Assembly (NCBI RefSeq): GCF_009914755.1
Contig: NC_060928.1
From: the human T2T-CHM13v2.0 reference genome, Homo sapiens
DNA: 64,000 nt
Direction: 5' to 3' (one strand)
Shown: positions 27,665 through 44,460 of the stretch, piece after piece
Position numbering within the stretch: position 1 is the first letter of the stretch
Layout of the letters: each line of letters starts with the position of its first letter
Position numbers and translations under genes: made by a program
The notes under the pieces: model-generated
What the model was told of the DNA's origin: nothing
The model's database searches: none
What the model saw: the letters and a program-made list of their open reading frames with translations, nothing else

Positions 27665-30380
27665 TAGCATGTATTATGTTAACAGACTTTGAGCAAGAGG
27701 ATTGACTTGGATAGGTTGTGAACAATCACCCCCCTAAAGTACTTAAAGGATGCTTTTGGGTTTTGAATCTGGTTTACATTTGGGACAAAAAAAGGGAAAG
27801 CTTTATTGGTTTATCAATATCTTTGTCCAATGTGCTACCATGGTTTTATAACTTCAGTCTACTTTCAAGTAGCATCTATTTTGAAAAAAGGATGTCCTTC
27901 CTAGGGTAAAACGAAAGACTTATTGTTCTAAAAAATGCTGCTTCCTGGTTAAAGCAACATGTTCCTGTTTGTGCTCAATGACTAGAGAATTTGGGGGAAA
28001 AAATAGCTTACATTTTTTTTCAGAGTCCTTTAAAATAGTAGTAGTCATGTGAATTTCATTTGTCTTGGGAAGTGCAGTTGGGAAGGTTAGAAATTTTTCA
28101 GTTTGTGTGTCATAGTTTTTTGACCAAAATGGAAATTGAGACTCTAGGTAATTTAACTCTCCAGCATTATTTTTCTATAGTTGTTGGTTGAAATTTCCTT
28201 CTATGAATGTTTCTTGTTTGCATAGAGAAAAAAAGAATCTAAAAGTGTAACTCCCTGAAGGCCATACATTTCTTTGTGCATCTTAAGAGAAAAGTCTTGC
28301 TCTGTGATGCTACATATTTAGTTTTCACTAATGGTTGCACATTTCAGGTTGGTTTGAGGAGCGGGACTTCTCAGCACCCCATTCTTACTCACTTGCCTTT
28401 CTGTTTTTTTGCTGGTAGAGGCAATTCCATGCCAACTAATTATTTTAAGAAAAGCCAACAACTAAGGGGAAATGAAGGTTGAAACTTCTGTGTGAGAAGT
28501 GAAGGAGGAGAAATAGGAGTGACCACTATGGGCAGGAAAGGAGTGGGGGTAGCTCCTGGGCAGGGCAGAGCTGGATTGTTTTGCAGTGGCCTTTCATGCC
28601 CTAAATCTCCTCCCTTACAACTCCTGGTAGATTTCATTTCTCTTGGTTGTGCTGCCTGAAATCTCATACCACTTAGAGGTTTGTTTGGACTATGGAAGTA
28701 CAAATGCCGACAGACAGTTCATGTGCAAGTTTTAAGGGTTCCTATTGAATGTGTTCAGATTGCCTGCCTTTAATTCTTAGACCAGGGCATAGTGAGCCGA
28801 TATGGGGCTTGGGTAATGTGAGGTCTCGACACCTGGTGAGAAGGTAGAAAAAATTGATAGGAAGATTAGAAATGAAAGGCAATGTGTGCCTATTTCAAGA
28901 CATTGCTTAGTCCCGCTTGCTTTTAGGAAAGGATAAGAAAACTTGTCTTCCATTTTGCTTTTTGTTGTTTATGCGATCTGTGGTAACTAATATTTGGCTG
29001 CTGACCTCCTGATTGAAGAAAAGCTTAAACACAGATTGCTTCTTCCTTTAATTTGCATGTCTTTTGCTTATCTCTAGTAAACTTTCTTTCATTTTTCGGG
29101 GTCTGAGAGCAGAGATTTCTTGATGTCTTTGCCATAGTTTCTCTTTTTTTTCCTACATACCCAAATCCACGTTGGTCAAGTTCATATTACGTAGTGAAAC
29201 ATTACTTATGTGTTGCCTGCCACTCCTGTTAATACAACTAAGAAGTCTCAAGTTTACATGGAGTCTATCTGTAAAGCCACCTAACTGCATCTATAATAGC
29301 AGAATAATGTAGTCTTTTCCCCTAGTTTATAGGCTCCTTGTGGCACAGACCGTTTAAAACAAGTTTCATGTGGGATGATGTACTGTAAGAGCAATAGAAG
29401 AAACCCTGAATGTAATTGAATTTATTTAAGAAGTTTATAGTCTGGTTTGATATATAAAATACAAAATGAAGCAGTTACTACACAGGGTTTTCTGGTTGTA
29501 TACTGCTTGAATAATGACACGTTTGAAAGTACCCCCTAAAAATCATGATTATATGGATATGAATGTTTTATTTATGCAGGTACATATAGAAAGAAAAACT
29601 GCTTTTTAAGTTTGTTCATGCAGTAAGGTGTAATGTCTATTTCCCAGTTTTATGATACAGGCTCACTAACAATTTCCTGATTGATTTACTTATGTCAGTG
29701 AATTATAGGTGATAATATTCCATTCTTTACATTTTTATTAACTAATCAACAATCTTATTTAATTTGTATGTTATAATTAAGATAAAGAAATAATGGTTAT
29801 TATTCAAAGTATACATTCATATTCAAAATTGTTAAATCCATGTATATCATACTAACACACATAATGTGTATGACGTAATTTGTATAAGAGCGTGGCCCTT
29901 ATACAACTGTGAAACACCGTAATGTTGAAAAGCAACAGATTAATAAAGTGCCACTTGATCAGTGAGCTAGCTTTTTATCTTTGATTTTTCTTGGGTTAGT
30001 TGAAGGAGTAGAAACTTGATTATTTCAAGGCCTTTTGTTCTATTTTAAGGCCTTAAGGCCGTTCTTTGATTCTGTCTTGAGGCTTCCAAATTCTTGCTTC
30101 TACTGTGTCTCTTAGACTTCTCCATCCTTTCCTGACATAGCTTTTAAAAATTTTATTTATTTTTTTCTAATACTTTTCCAGATACACTTTTCTGGTCAGT
30201 GTGAATTTATTTGCTTGATGGTTAAATGAATGCAAATAGTCTTTTTGCTTAGATAAAATCAGTTTTAGGCCTTGGGCAGATTATGACAGGTTGACAGGTA
30301 ATTTAGTGAAAACAATGTAAGACTTTAATATTAGCCTTACATTGTCAGAATATAAGCTCCTCAGAAATGGGAAGACAGTC

Positions 30381-30640
30381 TTTTTTTTTTTTTTTTTTGA
30401 GATGGGGTCTCGCTCTGTTGCCAGGCTGGAGTGCAGTGGCACAATCTCAGCCTCAGCCTCCTGAGTAGCTGGAACTACAGGCATGCATCACCACGCCTGG
30501 CTAATTTTTTGTATTTTTAGTAGAGACGGGGTTTCACCATGTTGGCCAGGATGGTCTCGATCTCCTGACCTCAGGTCATCCACCCGCCTCGGCCTCCCAG
30601 AGTGCTGGGATTACAGGTGTGTGAGCCACCATGCCTGGCC
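30381..30640 (-). mobile_element. AluS with an internal deletion of about 40 nt
   Basis: TSD gggaagacagtc / gggaatacagtc. Confidence 0.92.
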
Positions 30641-31156
30641 GGGAATACAGTCATTCTGTACTATTTAACAACTTCAAGTAACATACAAATTCATATTTAA
30701 ACAAGAATGGTGAACTTTAGGATTATCCAGAAGGATCTTTTATTATAAATGTTTCATTGGGACATTTTTATTGGCTTTCCTTGAATGCAAATAGAACATT
30801 ATGATTGGAGCCTGATTGCTTTTCTAAAGGAGGGGTTTATTAGATTTAGGAATGTACACTTTGTTAACTGGATAGGGGAAACAATTTTGTTTTAATTTTC
30901 TTATTGGTATTGAACTTATGGGACCTGTTTTTACATTTCCATCTTTAAATAGCTTTTAAAAGGCTTCTTGGAAATATCGGAGTACAGATGGATAAAATGA
31001 GAGGCAATCAGTTTATTTGAAAGTTGTCTATATGACGGTGACATTTTAAGTCCCTAATACTGATAAATTTTAAATTGGAATGACTTAAAATTATAAATCA
31101 TGTCTTAACATACCATAACATTGTTTTAAGGAGTAAAATAGTCTAAAATATTTTAG

Positions 31157-31518
<362 letters not shown>

Positions 31519-31649
31519 TAATTCCTTATCTAGTTATTCTGTGAATTATTGTCATCTGTGTCCTTATATAAGATTTAGTTGCACACACAGTTCTAATTGT
31601 TCATAAGTGTTCTCAGGCTACAAAAAGTTTTTTTTCTTAATTAAAAGGA

Positions 31650-34630
<2,981 letters not shown>

Positions 34631-35440
34631 CACTTTGAAAAGGAGAGGATTATTTTACAAATTTCTTAAAATAGATCTGTTGTAGATTTTGACTAAGGTT
34701 TAAGAGAGGAGTAAATATCCCTCATATTCTTGATGTCAGAAACTATGTGTAATCCTAGACTCCTAGATATTAGAGTCTTAAAATACTAAATCCTTTCTGG
34801 CTTGTCACAAATGAATATAAACAGGACTTTGAATTTTTACTTCTTCTGAACTTTCATAAATAACTTTGAGTCTTTTTTTTTCTATTTACTGCAATGTGAT
34901 CTGGTAAAACAAGGCACGTTTTCTTTTTTAAAAGAAAATATTTAAACTTAAGTATTTCTATATAAGAAAATATTTCTATATAAGATGTAATTTTGGTAAG
35001 AATTGAAAAAAATTGAATTTATATCCATTTTTAAGTGTAGCCAGGAAATAACAAGCATTCATTTTATATTGACTAAGAAAATAATTTGATTTAACTATGG
35101 TATTGACAAATATACTGTGAAATTAAAACTTTGTACTTGCTATTTTGATGTAAAAGGCAGAAACAGGTGATAAAGAACGATTTATGAGGAATTTATTTTT
35201 ATAAGTTAATCATTTTATTTTATATTTTAGTAGGTTTAGTGCATATCCCAGAAGCAGTTGTAATGGATGACATTTGTACAACTGAGCTTTTAATAATGTT
35301 TATTTTTACTGTCTTAAGAAAACATGTATTTTTAAAAAAGCTATCCATAGTTTAATTTGGTTTGTAGATACAGTGTGACTTATTTTAGAAACCCCTTTTC
35401 CTGACAGGTCTAATAATTTCTATTCTTTTCTTTGAAACAG

Positions 35441-35511
35441 GATCTGGAAATAGTATATTCCTATTTACATGGTATGGAAGCCTTATCAAACTTGAGGGAG
35501 CATCAACTTAG
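35441..35511 (+). CDS. RAPGEF2: RAPGEF2 coding exon (probably exon 2), 71 nt, phase 0 to 2: DLEIVYSYLHGMEALSNLREHQL(R)
   Basis: Acceptor ttcttttctttgaaacag|GAT, donor TAG|gtatgt, open frame. Peptide resembles the RAPGEF6 N-terminus (..YSYLHGME.LSNLREHQLR). Confidence 0.95.
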
Positions 35512-35589
35512 GTATGTCATTTTAATATTCAGTTAATCATAGAATGGTAAAAATTTGAAGCATGCAACAATTTAACATTTTAATTTTTT

Positions 35590-35840
35590 ACTTTTATTCT
35601 TACTTGACATAATAATTGTACATATTCGTGGGGTACATTCTGATATTTTAATACATGTATACAATGTATTGTGATCAAATGGGGATTATTAGCATGTCCA
35701 TCACTTCAAACGTTTATCATTTCTTTGTGTTATAGCATTTGAAATCCACTCTTTGAGCTATTTGAAAATACACCACAAATTGTTGTTAATGATATTACCC
35801 TATAGTGCTATAGAACACCAGGACTTATTTCTCCTACCTA
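35590..35840 (-). mobile_element. L1MA 3' end fragment
   Basis: ataattgtacatattcgtggggtaca..gatcaaat..tttatcatttctttgtgtt. Confidence 0.8.
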
Positions 35841-37119
35841 GAATGCTAGAATTTTATAGATCACTTACTGTAGTCAACAAGTAGGCTTAAAGGAATCTTA
35901 TTCATGAAAAGTCTGCTTCATCTAGGGCCTATACTAAGGAGCTTAAACTTACACTAATAATATATACTTAATTAAGTTTTACTTTTACAAAGTTGAATTC
36001 AATTGTATCCAGTAAGAGAATAATATTTTGACATTTCTGTCATAGTTATATTCTTCCATTTCCACCCCAGGGTCTGTCTCTGTCTCTTTCTTCTTCCTCC
36101 TCCCCTTTTTTTTCTCTGTCTCTCCCCATCCCCCTCCACTTCCCTCCCTTCCTCTCTCACTTCTCACCAAAAGTAGTAAATGCCACTTGGTGAATATATC
36201 AATAGGGGCAATATTTGCCATCTTGGCAAATAAAAACCTACTACTTAGCATTCAGATATATTAGAAACCAGAACCTTTTAAATTAATCATTTAAAGAATT
36301 ACTAGGTCCATTATTTTAGTATGTTGTATATCTTTGTTTGAATATTTTATTGCATTAAGTAGACTACCTTTTTCAGAGAAACACAGTTTATACTATATTT
36401 GTTTTTATGAGATCTGCCCATATAGAAATCTCATCACTTCTGTTGTACAGTAATACAGCAACTATATTTATGTTTATCTGGGCTTCATATTAAAGAACAA
36501 AAATGATTTTACCTTAAGTGGGATATAAAATAAAGGACCTTAGGAAGATGGATAATATATAAACACCAACTAGGACATAATGGGAAAGTCTTGTTTTTTC
36601 CAGGTCTAGCTATTTTTGATGCCAGCGGGTTTTAATTATGAAAGGAATGCTTTTTCCATATATTTCCCCTTTACTCTTTCAACACTAATTAATTTGTGAG
36701 CATGTCAATTCCATATTTAGTTAATTGAAAAGAATATCAAGAGGATTGAGTACTTCTAAAATTAAATTTTTAATGAAAGTCATTTAAATTAAAGTAGATT
36801 GTAGATTAAGTGTTTAAAAATTAAGTCAAGTTTTATTAGAAAGGGCAAAACCACTGGGATTTTAGAAGATGGCTCAAATTAGAGCAAGAATAATTTTTAA
36901 AGTGTGTAACTTTCATTTTATATTTTGTGACGACAACTTTGCTAAGAAAAAATTGTACTAACAATTATTTAATTGCGTGCGGTTAATTCATAAATGGAAA
37001 TGCAACTAATTAATATGTAAATACAAATGTCACATTCCCACTGTGCACATAAAACCACACATGTAATATTTAGATATATTGATTACATAATGCATTTTAT
37101 TTAGATAATAGGAATTCTA

Positions 37120-37530
<411 letters not shown>

Positions 37531-39335
37531 TCAGCCAGTTTCAGAACTGTCAACTTTCTGCAGCTGCAGAAGTAATTTTGGTTATAAATAATAAGTTCAA
37601 GGGTATAGTTGAGTCTATTTACACCTTAGAATGTCTATTTTGGAGCCTACACAGATGTGTTTGTTGGCATGAACCTACAGGGCGGAGCCTGTGAGATGTT
37701 TATCTTATGCTTGTGTTGAAGTCATATTAATGGAAAACATCACCTTAAACTAATTTAAGTTCTTTTTTAGAACAAGATCAGGATACCACATACATAATAA
37801 CAAAAATAGAGGTACAGATAAACCCAACAACTTAGATAAACTGCTTTATAATACTACAATTTCTGGGAAAAATATATCTCCTTTAGATAAATTATTTTCC
37901 TTTAATTTTATACCCTGGGAATAATAGAGAGCAGTCAGTTAAGACTTCCACATGACACAGTTTTACAATTTTAGGAAATAAGTGCTCATAATCAAGATTT
38001 TCAGTCTGTTAAGTATTGGGCAGTAGAGCAGCAACATTCGTGTTCTCCTGTGGGGGAGTGGAAGTGGCTTTTATTTATTTGAAAGCTTCCCTGCATTGTT
38101 ACAGAGCAGTTAAAGTAGACATTACTGTGTTGCTGTAAGATCACACACTGTGCAATGTAAAGGTTTTTCAGATCTTCACTAAAAACTATGTTTCTTCATC
38201 ATTTTAACTATTTTTCTAATGTTTTATCCGTTTAGTTTATATAGGCAAGAAGCAGCATATTTGCCAGCGGGGAAGAGTAGCTGTAATTGGGAGCAGAGAC
38301 CAAAAATCTGTTTAAAAAAGTAGAGTAATTGGGGCTATTCAGTTTTGGAAACAAGAGCCTGCTGAAATAAAATAATACATATTTTCTGCAGCATCATGGA
38401 TGAGTGTAATTGTTACTATATAGGCGCCTTTAGATCTTTGAGTAGTAACCGAATTATGGTTATTATTCTCATAGGAACTCAGGGAAGGTCAATATGCTTC
38501 AGCTAAAACATTGTCTAACAATGTTTAAAGACAAAAAGCATTTTGGTACTTGATTCCTCCATTTATGACATTTTCATATAAGAGATTTTATCATGACTTT
38601 CTGATAGCACTGTTTAAATTTATTTTATAAACAGTTATCAATTGATTGTATACTTACTGTGTACTTGATATTGATGTAGGCTCTGGAGATACTGCATTGA
38701 AGTAAATCAAACCCCTGACATCACGGAACTGAGGTTCCTAGTGGAGCAGAAAAGATTGATATTTGGATCAATGTTACTTTATTTAGTATGCTGGACATGA
38801 TGAGGATGGGTGCTAGGCAGCTCTGGCTTTGGAGTCAAAAGGAGGGGTGACATTAGAGTCAGGACAGCCTGCAAAGATTTCTTCAATGTAGAGGTGCCCC
38901 AGATGCTCTGTCATGGGCACAGGCTTGGTGCAGGGAAAGGCAGGGTCCACGGTATAGTAAGGCACAGTAAGTAAGTAAAATATAACAGTGTAGAAGTATA
39001 GCAAATAGCATAGGAGTTTGGATTTTCTTTTAGAGGTTGTGGAGATTAGAGTGGAGCTGTGAGATCATCTGACTTAGTGGTTGGAAAGATCTCTGGAAGC
39101 TTTGTGGGGCCTTGTGGGGAATGGACAATAGGCATGTAAAGGTGGAAGCAGAAGTCTCTGTACTTGTGGTCTTGGTAAGGGATAATGGTGGGATAATGAT
39201 AGCTCATGCTAGATTTAACAGGAGAGATGGTGAATTTGGTCAGTTCTGGAGGATGTATTTTGGAAACAGGTGATGGCGGAAAGATGTATGTGAAGAAAAG
39301 AGAGAAGTCAGGAATGATGACTCTAAGGTTGTTAC

Positions 39336-39701
39336 TGTATTAGTCTGTTCTCACTATAAGGCCATACCCGAGACTGGGTAATTTATAAAGGAAAGAAGTT
39401 TAATTGACTCATAGTTCCGCATGGCTGGGGAGGCCTCAGAAAACTTACAATCATGGCAGAAGGGGAAGCAAACACATCTTTTTTCACAAGTGGCAGGAGA
39501 GAGAAGAATGAGTGCCCAGCGAAGGGGGAAGCCCCTTATAAAACCATCAGATCTTTTAAGAACTCACTAACACCAGAACAGGACTGGGGGAACCAGCCCC
39601 ATAATTCAGTTATCACCACTGATCCCTCTCATGACATGTGGGGATTATGGGAACTGCAATTCAAGATAAGATTTGGGTGGAGATACAGCCAAACCATATC
39701 A
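39336..39701 (-). mobile_element. THE1-type (C/D) MaLR solo LTR
   Basis: tgtattagtctgttctc..gagactgggtaatttataaagg..acagccaaaccatatca, with TG..CA termini. Confidence 0.9.
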
Positions 39702-40125
39702 GGGTACTAATTCTGGGAAAGCATATTTTGGGGGAGAAATTCATATTCTGTCTTAGATATTGTAAGCATGAGGTGGCTGTTACATATTCAAGTGGCAGCA
39801 CTGAGTAGGCATTTAAATGAGTGGCTGCCGTGATGAGAGATCAGGTCTGGGGCATTGCTTTGGAAGTCATCAGTGTATAGATTAAAATCATGAACTGGGT
39901 GAGATTACTGGAGCATAGAGAAGAGGGCTAAGGACAGGACCCTGGAGATGATAACATTTAGAAGTCAGGTAGAGGATGAAGTTGGGGAGCATCCAAAAGA
40001 GACAGAAAAAAAAATGACTAGTAAGTTAAGCTGGAAAAGCAGAAGACCAAGGACAGGTTGCTGAAAGGAAATAATGCTGTAAGGAAAAAGGAGTAATCAA
40101 ATACTGCAGAGTAGTGGAATTGCTA

Positions 40126-40579
<454 letters not shown>

Positions 40580-42000
40580 CTAAAAGATTTTCTGTGATGG
40601 GAAAAAAGCAAAATATAGATAATAGCTGGAAGGAGATGTGAGGTCAAGAGAGGAGTTCCGCCCACACGATAGGTGATATCTTGAGTTATGTTACATATTA
40701 GAGGACGTGATTCAGTAGAGAGGAACATGGAGAAGGAGGTAAGCTTGCAGGAGCACGGGGTCTTACACAGGAGTGCAGGGTCTTCCGTGGAAGCAGGAAT
40801 GAGATTTGGGGTGGAAGTAAAGAGGCCGAGGCAAGAACCCTTCTATTCCAACAGGAAACAAGGCAGAGCCCATTATCTAGTTTAAGACCAGATATTTTTA
40901 GACTTAATGCTTTTGGCTACCATCTTTTCCTATGAAAAATTGTTATTCAACTTGGCAACTCATTGAAGAGGAATGTATGCTTAGTAAGATGTATTCAAGA
41001 CTCACTGCTGCCTCCTGGAGTTAAGTGAGAATCAGCTGCAATGTTTCCAGGAAGGGATTGAGGTTAAGGACCTCTAAAGTACGGTGGTGGGAACGCGAAG
41101 AACAAGGAAAAAAAGTACCAAAGAGAGCTGTTTCTTTGATTTAGCAAACCGAGGAAAGAAAGATGGATGTGGGGTGATTCTAGTGTTTCACAGGTTGGAG
41201 AATGGTAGCCCGAATGACCAAAATGGAGGTGCTGTTGAAATAAACACTTTTAATAGCCAGCTTTTTCTATTTCTAGTTCCTTCATAAGATGGAATAGTAA
41301 TTCTCTGATTTGCATTTCTGTATTTTGGGAAAAATGTAATTGACTTAATATAATAGGATGCTTCTTGAAGATGCTATTCTCAGGGTAATTTTGAATATTT
41401 AAAAATTATTCATGTTTTTCATAATTTTTATAATTTCGTAATTTTTTCAAAAACTCTGGGATGAATCAGCTGAAGTAACAAATCTTTAAAGTTCTAAAGC
41501 CTCCAGTTAGTCAGTGGTCATAAAAATATCAAGTTAATTAGAGCCTTAGAGCCTACTTTTATCTGAAATTCCATAATGTGGAGTAACATTCTTGTTGAGC
41601 CGTGAATGAGTGAATGATGTTATCACTTTTAAAATCAATAGGTTTTCCTTTTAAACTTTTAGGTTCCTTCTCAGTTTTTATTTATCTTGGGGAACATTAA
41701 TTTGTCCACATGCCATTTACAAAATAGAAAATACACACAATGTTCTTCCCCATAAAATAAACATGGTGAAGTTGACATCTTACTAGATATTTTCTTTTCT
41801 AGCATACTTTTACCAGATTTAATGTAATGTAATTTTATTAACCCAGGTATTAAAAATATTCATCTTGAGGCTAATAAATGATTGTGACAAACCATATAAA
41901 ATAATCAATTTTCTAGACTGTATGTCTCATTTAAGGGTTTAAAATACCAGTCTGTTTTTTAGTGACAGATGTTGAACTCATGTTTTTATCTCTTTTACAG

Positions 42001-42057
42001 GTTAATGTGTGAAACTGTGAGATATGAGAGACACGAAGCAAATGAAGTTTTATACTA
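42001..42057 (+). CDS. RAPGEF2: RAPGEF2 coding exon (probably exon 3), 57 nt, phase 2 to 2: (R)LMCETVRYERHEANEVLY(Y)
   Basis: Acceptor tttttatctcttttacag|G, donor TA|gtaggt. Phase continues exactly from the previous exon (AG+G=Arg). Confidence 0.95.
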
Positions 42058-43189
42058 GTAGGTGTTTCCTTTTTGTTTGTACAATGTATCTAATCCAGTG
42101 ACTAAATTTTCTTAAAGTATCAAAGGAGTATTAGTAACAGCTGGCTAAGTCAGCACTAACTTATTTTTCTTAGTTGAGAAATGGGAAACATTTTATCTGT
42201 TTCCTGTCATAAAATAAAAGTTTACAGTTCTTTCCTGATAAGTTCACATTTGTGTCTATATTTGTATCTCTCACATGTGGGTCAAAGATACTATTTCATA
42301 TTGTAGAGTATTTTGACATTTTTATTATGAAATAAGAAATAATATACAGTTTTTCTAATGGAACAAAACATATATTCCCACAGCCACACCAGATGAAATG
42401 TGAAGATAGCATAAAGGCCATATTTTAGTTTATAGTTCTTTCAGAAACAGGAAAATAAGCTGCCCCCATGTCTTTGGGTATAATTGCATCTTTCGATAAT
42501 ATTAATATTCTTTTCAAGATGTGCAACATATTCCTTAAGAAAAGACAGCGTATTCTTAAAGAATATATAGTAGATAAATATTGGCATATTAACATAAATT
42601 ATGATTTATTAGACATTTTGTTTCAATAATGTTTGCCATGACTGTTGTTTTGTTGACTGGTTTTCAAAGCACTTACTTTCTACCTTCTAGACTTATTATA
42701 GGGAATATTTATTCAAATAAATAAGTCCCAGCTTCTGCCTTTAAGGAGTTCATAATCTGTTGAGGAAGGTAGAAATAGAATACAAGGAAAACAACAACAA
42801 CAGAAACAAACAAAGCAAAATAATTGTGAGAATGTGGCTATGTTCCAAGGGTGGAAGAAGCACAAAGGAGCGTGTGAAGGAAATGAGGAGAGCCTCAGCA
42901 AAGGGGCTGTGGAACCAGGTCTCAAAGATGTGTCCCGGAGGCTGCAGACACTTTTTAGGCAGAAGGAACAGTATGTGCTGGGACGCAGAGAGGTGACGGG
43001 GCCTGGCCTGATGTTTTGAACATCATAGCAAGTTTAGTGTGACTGGCCTGTGGTGTGGGTCAGGGTGGTAAGTCAGGAGAAGACGCAGTCTACAGTCATA
43101 CTTGGTCAAGAACGTGTTGTTCAGAAAACGACTTGGATCCTTCAGGCAGATCAGGTCCTGGGTTCTTCAGGAGATTTTTTTCCCTCCTA

Positions 43190-43565
43190 AATAACATGTT
43201 ATGGAAAATTTCAGACACAATATTTGACACAGTGGTATCACAGACCCCCAAATACTCATTGTCCAACATGGCAAACCCATGGCCAATTGTGTTTTCATTT
43301 CTTACTCTCCCCTCCCAGCTCCAACTGGATGATTTTGAAGTAAATCCCAGACAGCACAGTTCATCCATAATTATTATGATATGTATCTCTAAAAGATAGT
43401 GACTTTAACAAACCTTAAACACAAGATTATCAAGTCTTTAAAAATAACTCTTTAATATCATGAAAATATTCAAAGTTTTTGTCCTTTTTTTTTAACAGCT
43501 TATTTATTTGAATCAAAATCTAAAGTTTATTCATTGTGATTGTTGATTTTCTTTAAGCCTCTTTT
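43190..43565 (-). mobile_element. L1MC/ME 3' UTR fragment
   Basis: ttatggaaaatttcagacac..ttttgaagtaaatcccagaca..atgtatctctaaaagata. Confidence 0.65.
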
Positions 43566-44229
43566 AATAGTAGCTTGGAGGCTGGTTTTCATGCAGCAAA
43601 ATGATGTGATCACATGTCTCCCAACCCTCCCTATCTACCTGTTCCCTCAAAGGTAATACCTGTGGTTGTATGAAAATATGAAGGGTGAGTTAGATAGATT
43701 GAGTGTCTGGACAAAGAGATCAGTAAGGAGACAGTTACAGCCATCTGAGGTGGTAAGTGCTTGAACTGAGGCAAAGACTGAGGGAATGGAGGAGTCAGGG
43801 ATGTTGGATTTTAGAAGAAGATACAGGTAGATAGAATCTAGGATGATTCTGAGGTTGCAACATGTGAAACTATGACGTCTGGGACCTGTTCAGCAGGCAA
43901 TAATAAATATCCATCTCAAGCTTAAAAGAACCTACACCAAATATAGAGTCGTAAATAATCAAGAAGTATTTGATAATGAGAAAATTAACAAGAGGCAAGT
44001 GCTCTTAACATACTTATTCCCAGAAGAAATGAAGATGTTAATAAAGTGTTATTTTGGGAGCAATAAAAAGTTATCAGTGGAATGAGTATACAAATAACAG
44101 GGATAGAGATATTTGAATTCTATTACTGGCATTTATCAAAGCAGTCTAGTAGCAGTAAGCATCAACTTTCTAGTATTTTGTCTTCCTCTGAAACGTGGTT
44201 TGGATAGTATTGATGATGATGAGGTGATA

Positions 44230-44460
44230 GCCGACATTTAACACGCACTTCCTATGTCCCATGTCCTCTAATAAGTGATTTATATGCATTCATTTACTTA
44301 TTCTTCGTGGATATCTTGTGAAGTACTTGTTATCATTATCCCAGCTGGACAAACTGAAGCTTTGAGACGATAAAGAACTGCCAAGCTCCCACTGCCTAAT
44401 GTGGGACAAAGATTTGAGCCCAGACATTGTGATTCTGCAGCCATAGCTCTTATCCTAGTC
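44230..44460 (+). mobile_element. MIR SINE
   Basis: acatttaacacgcacttcctatgt..aaactgaagct..gatttgagcccag. Confidence 0.65.

Noticed and set aside
34953-34985. Short tandem duplication tatttctatataaga x2 (similar cases near 13770 and 58020) and short palindromes (55991, 61184, 61643)
   Set aside because: Common slippage products or expected by chance in AT-rich DNA.
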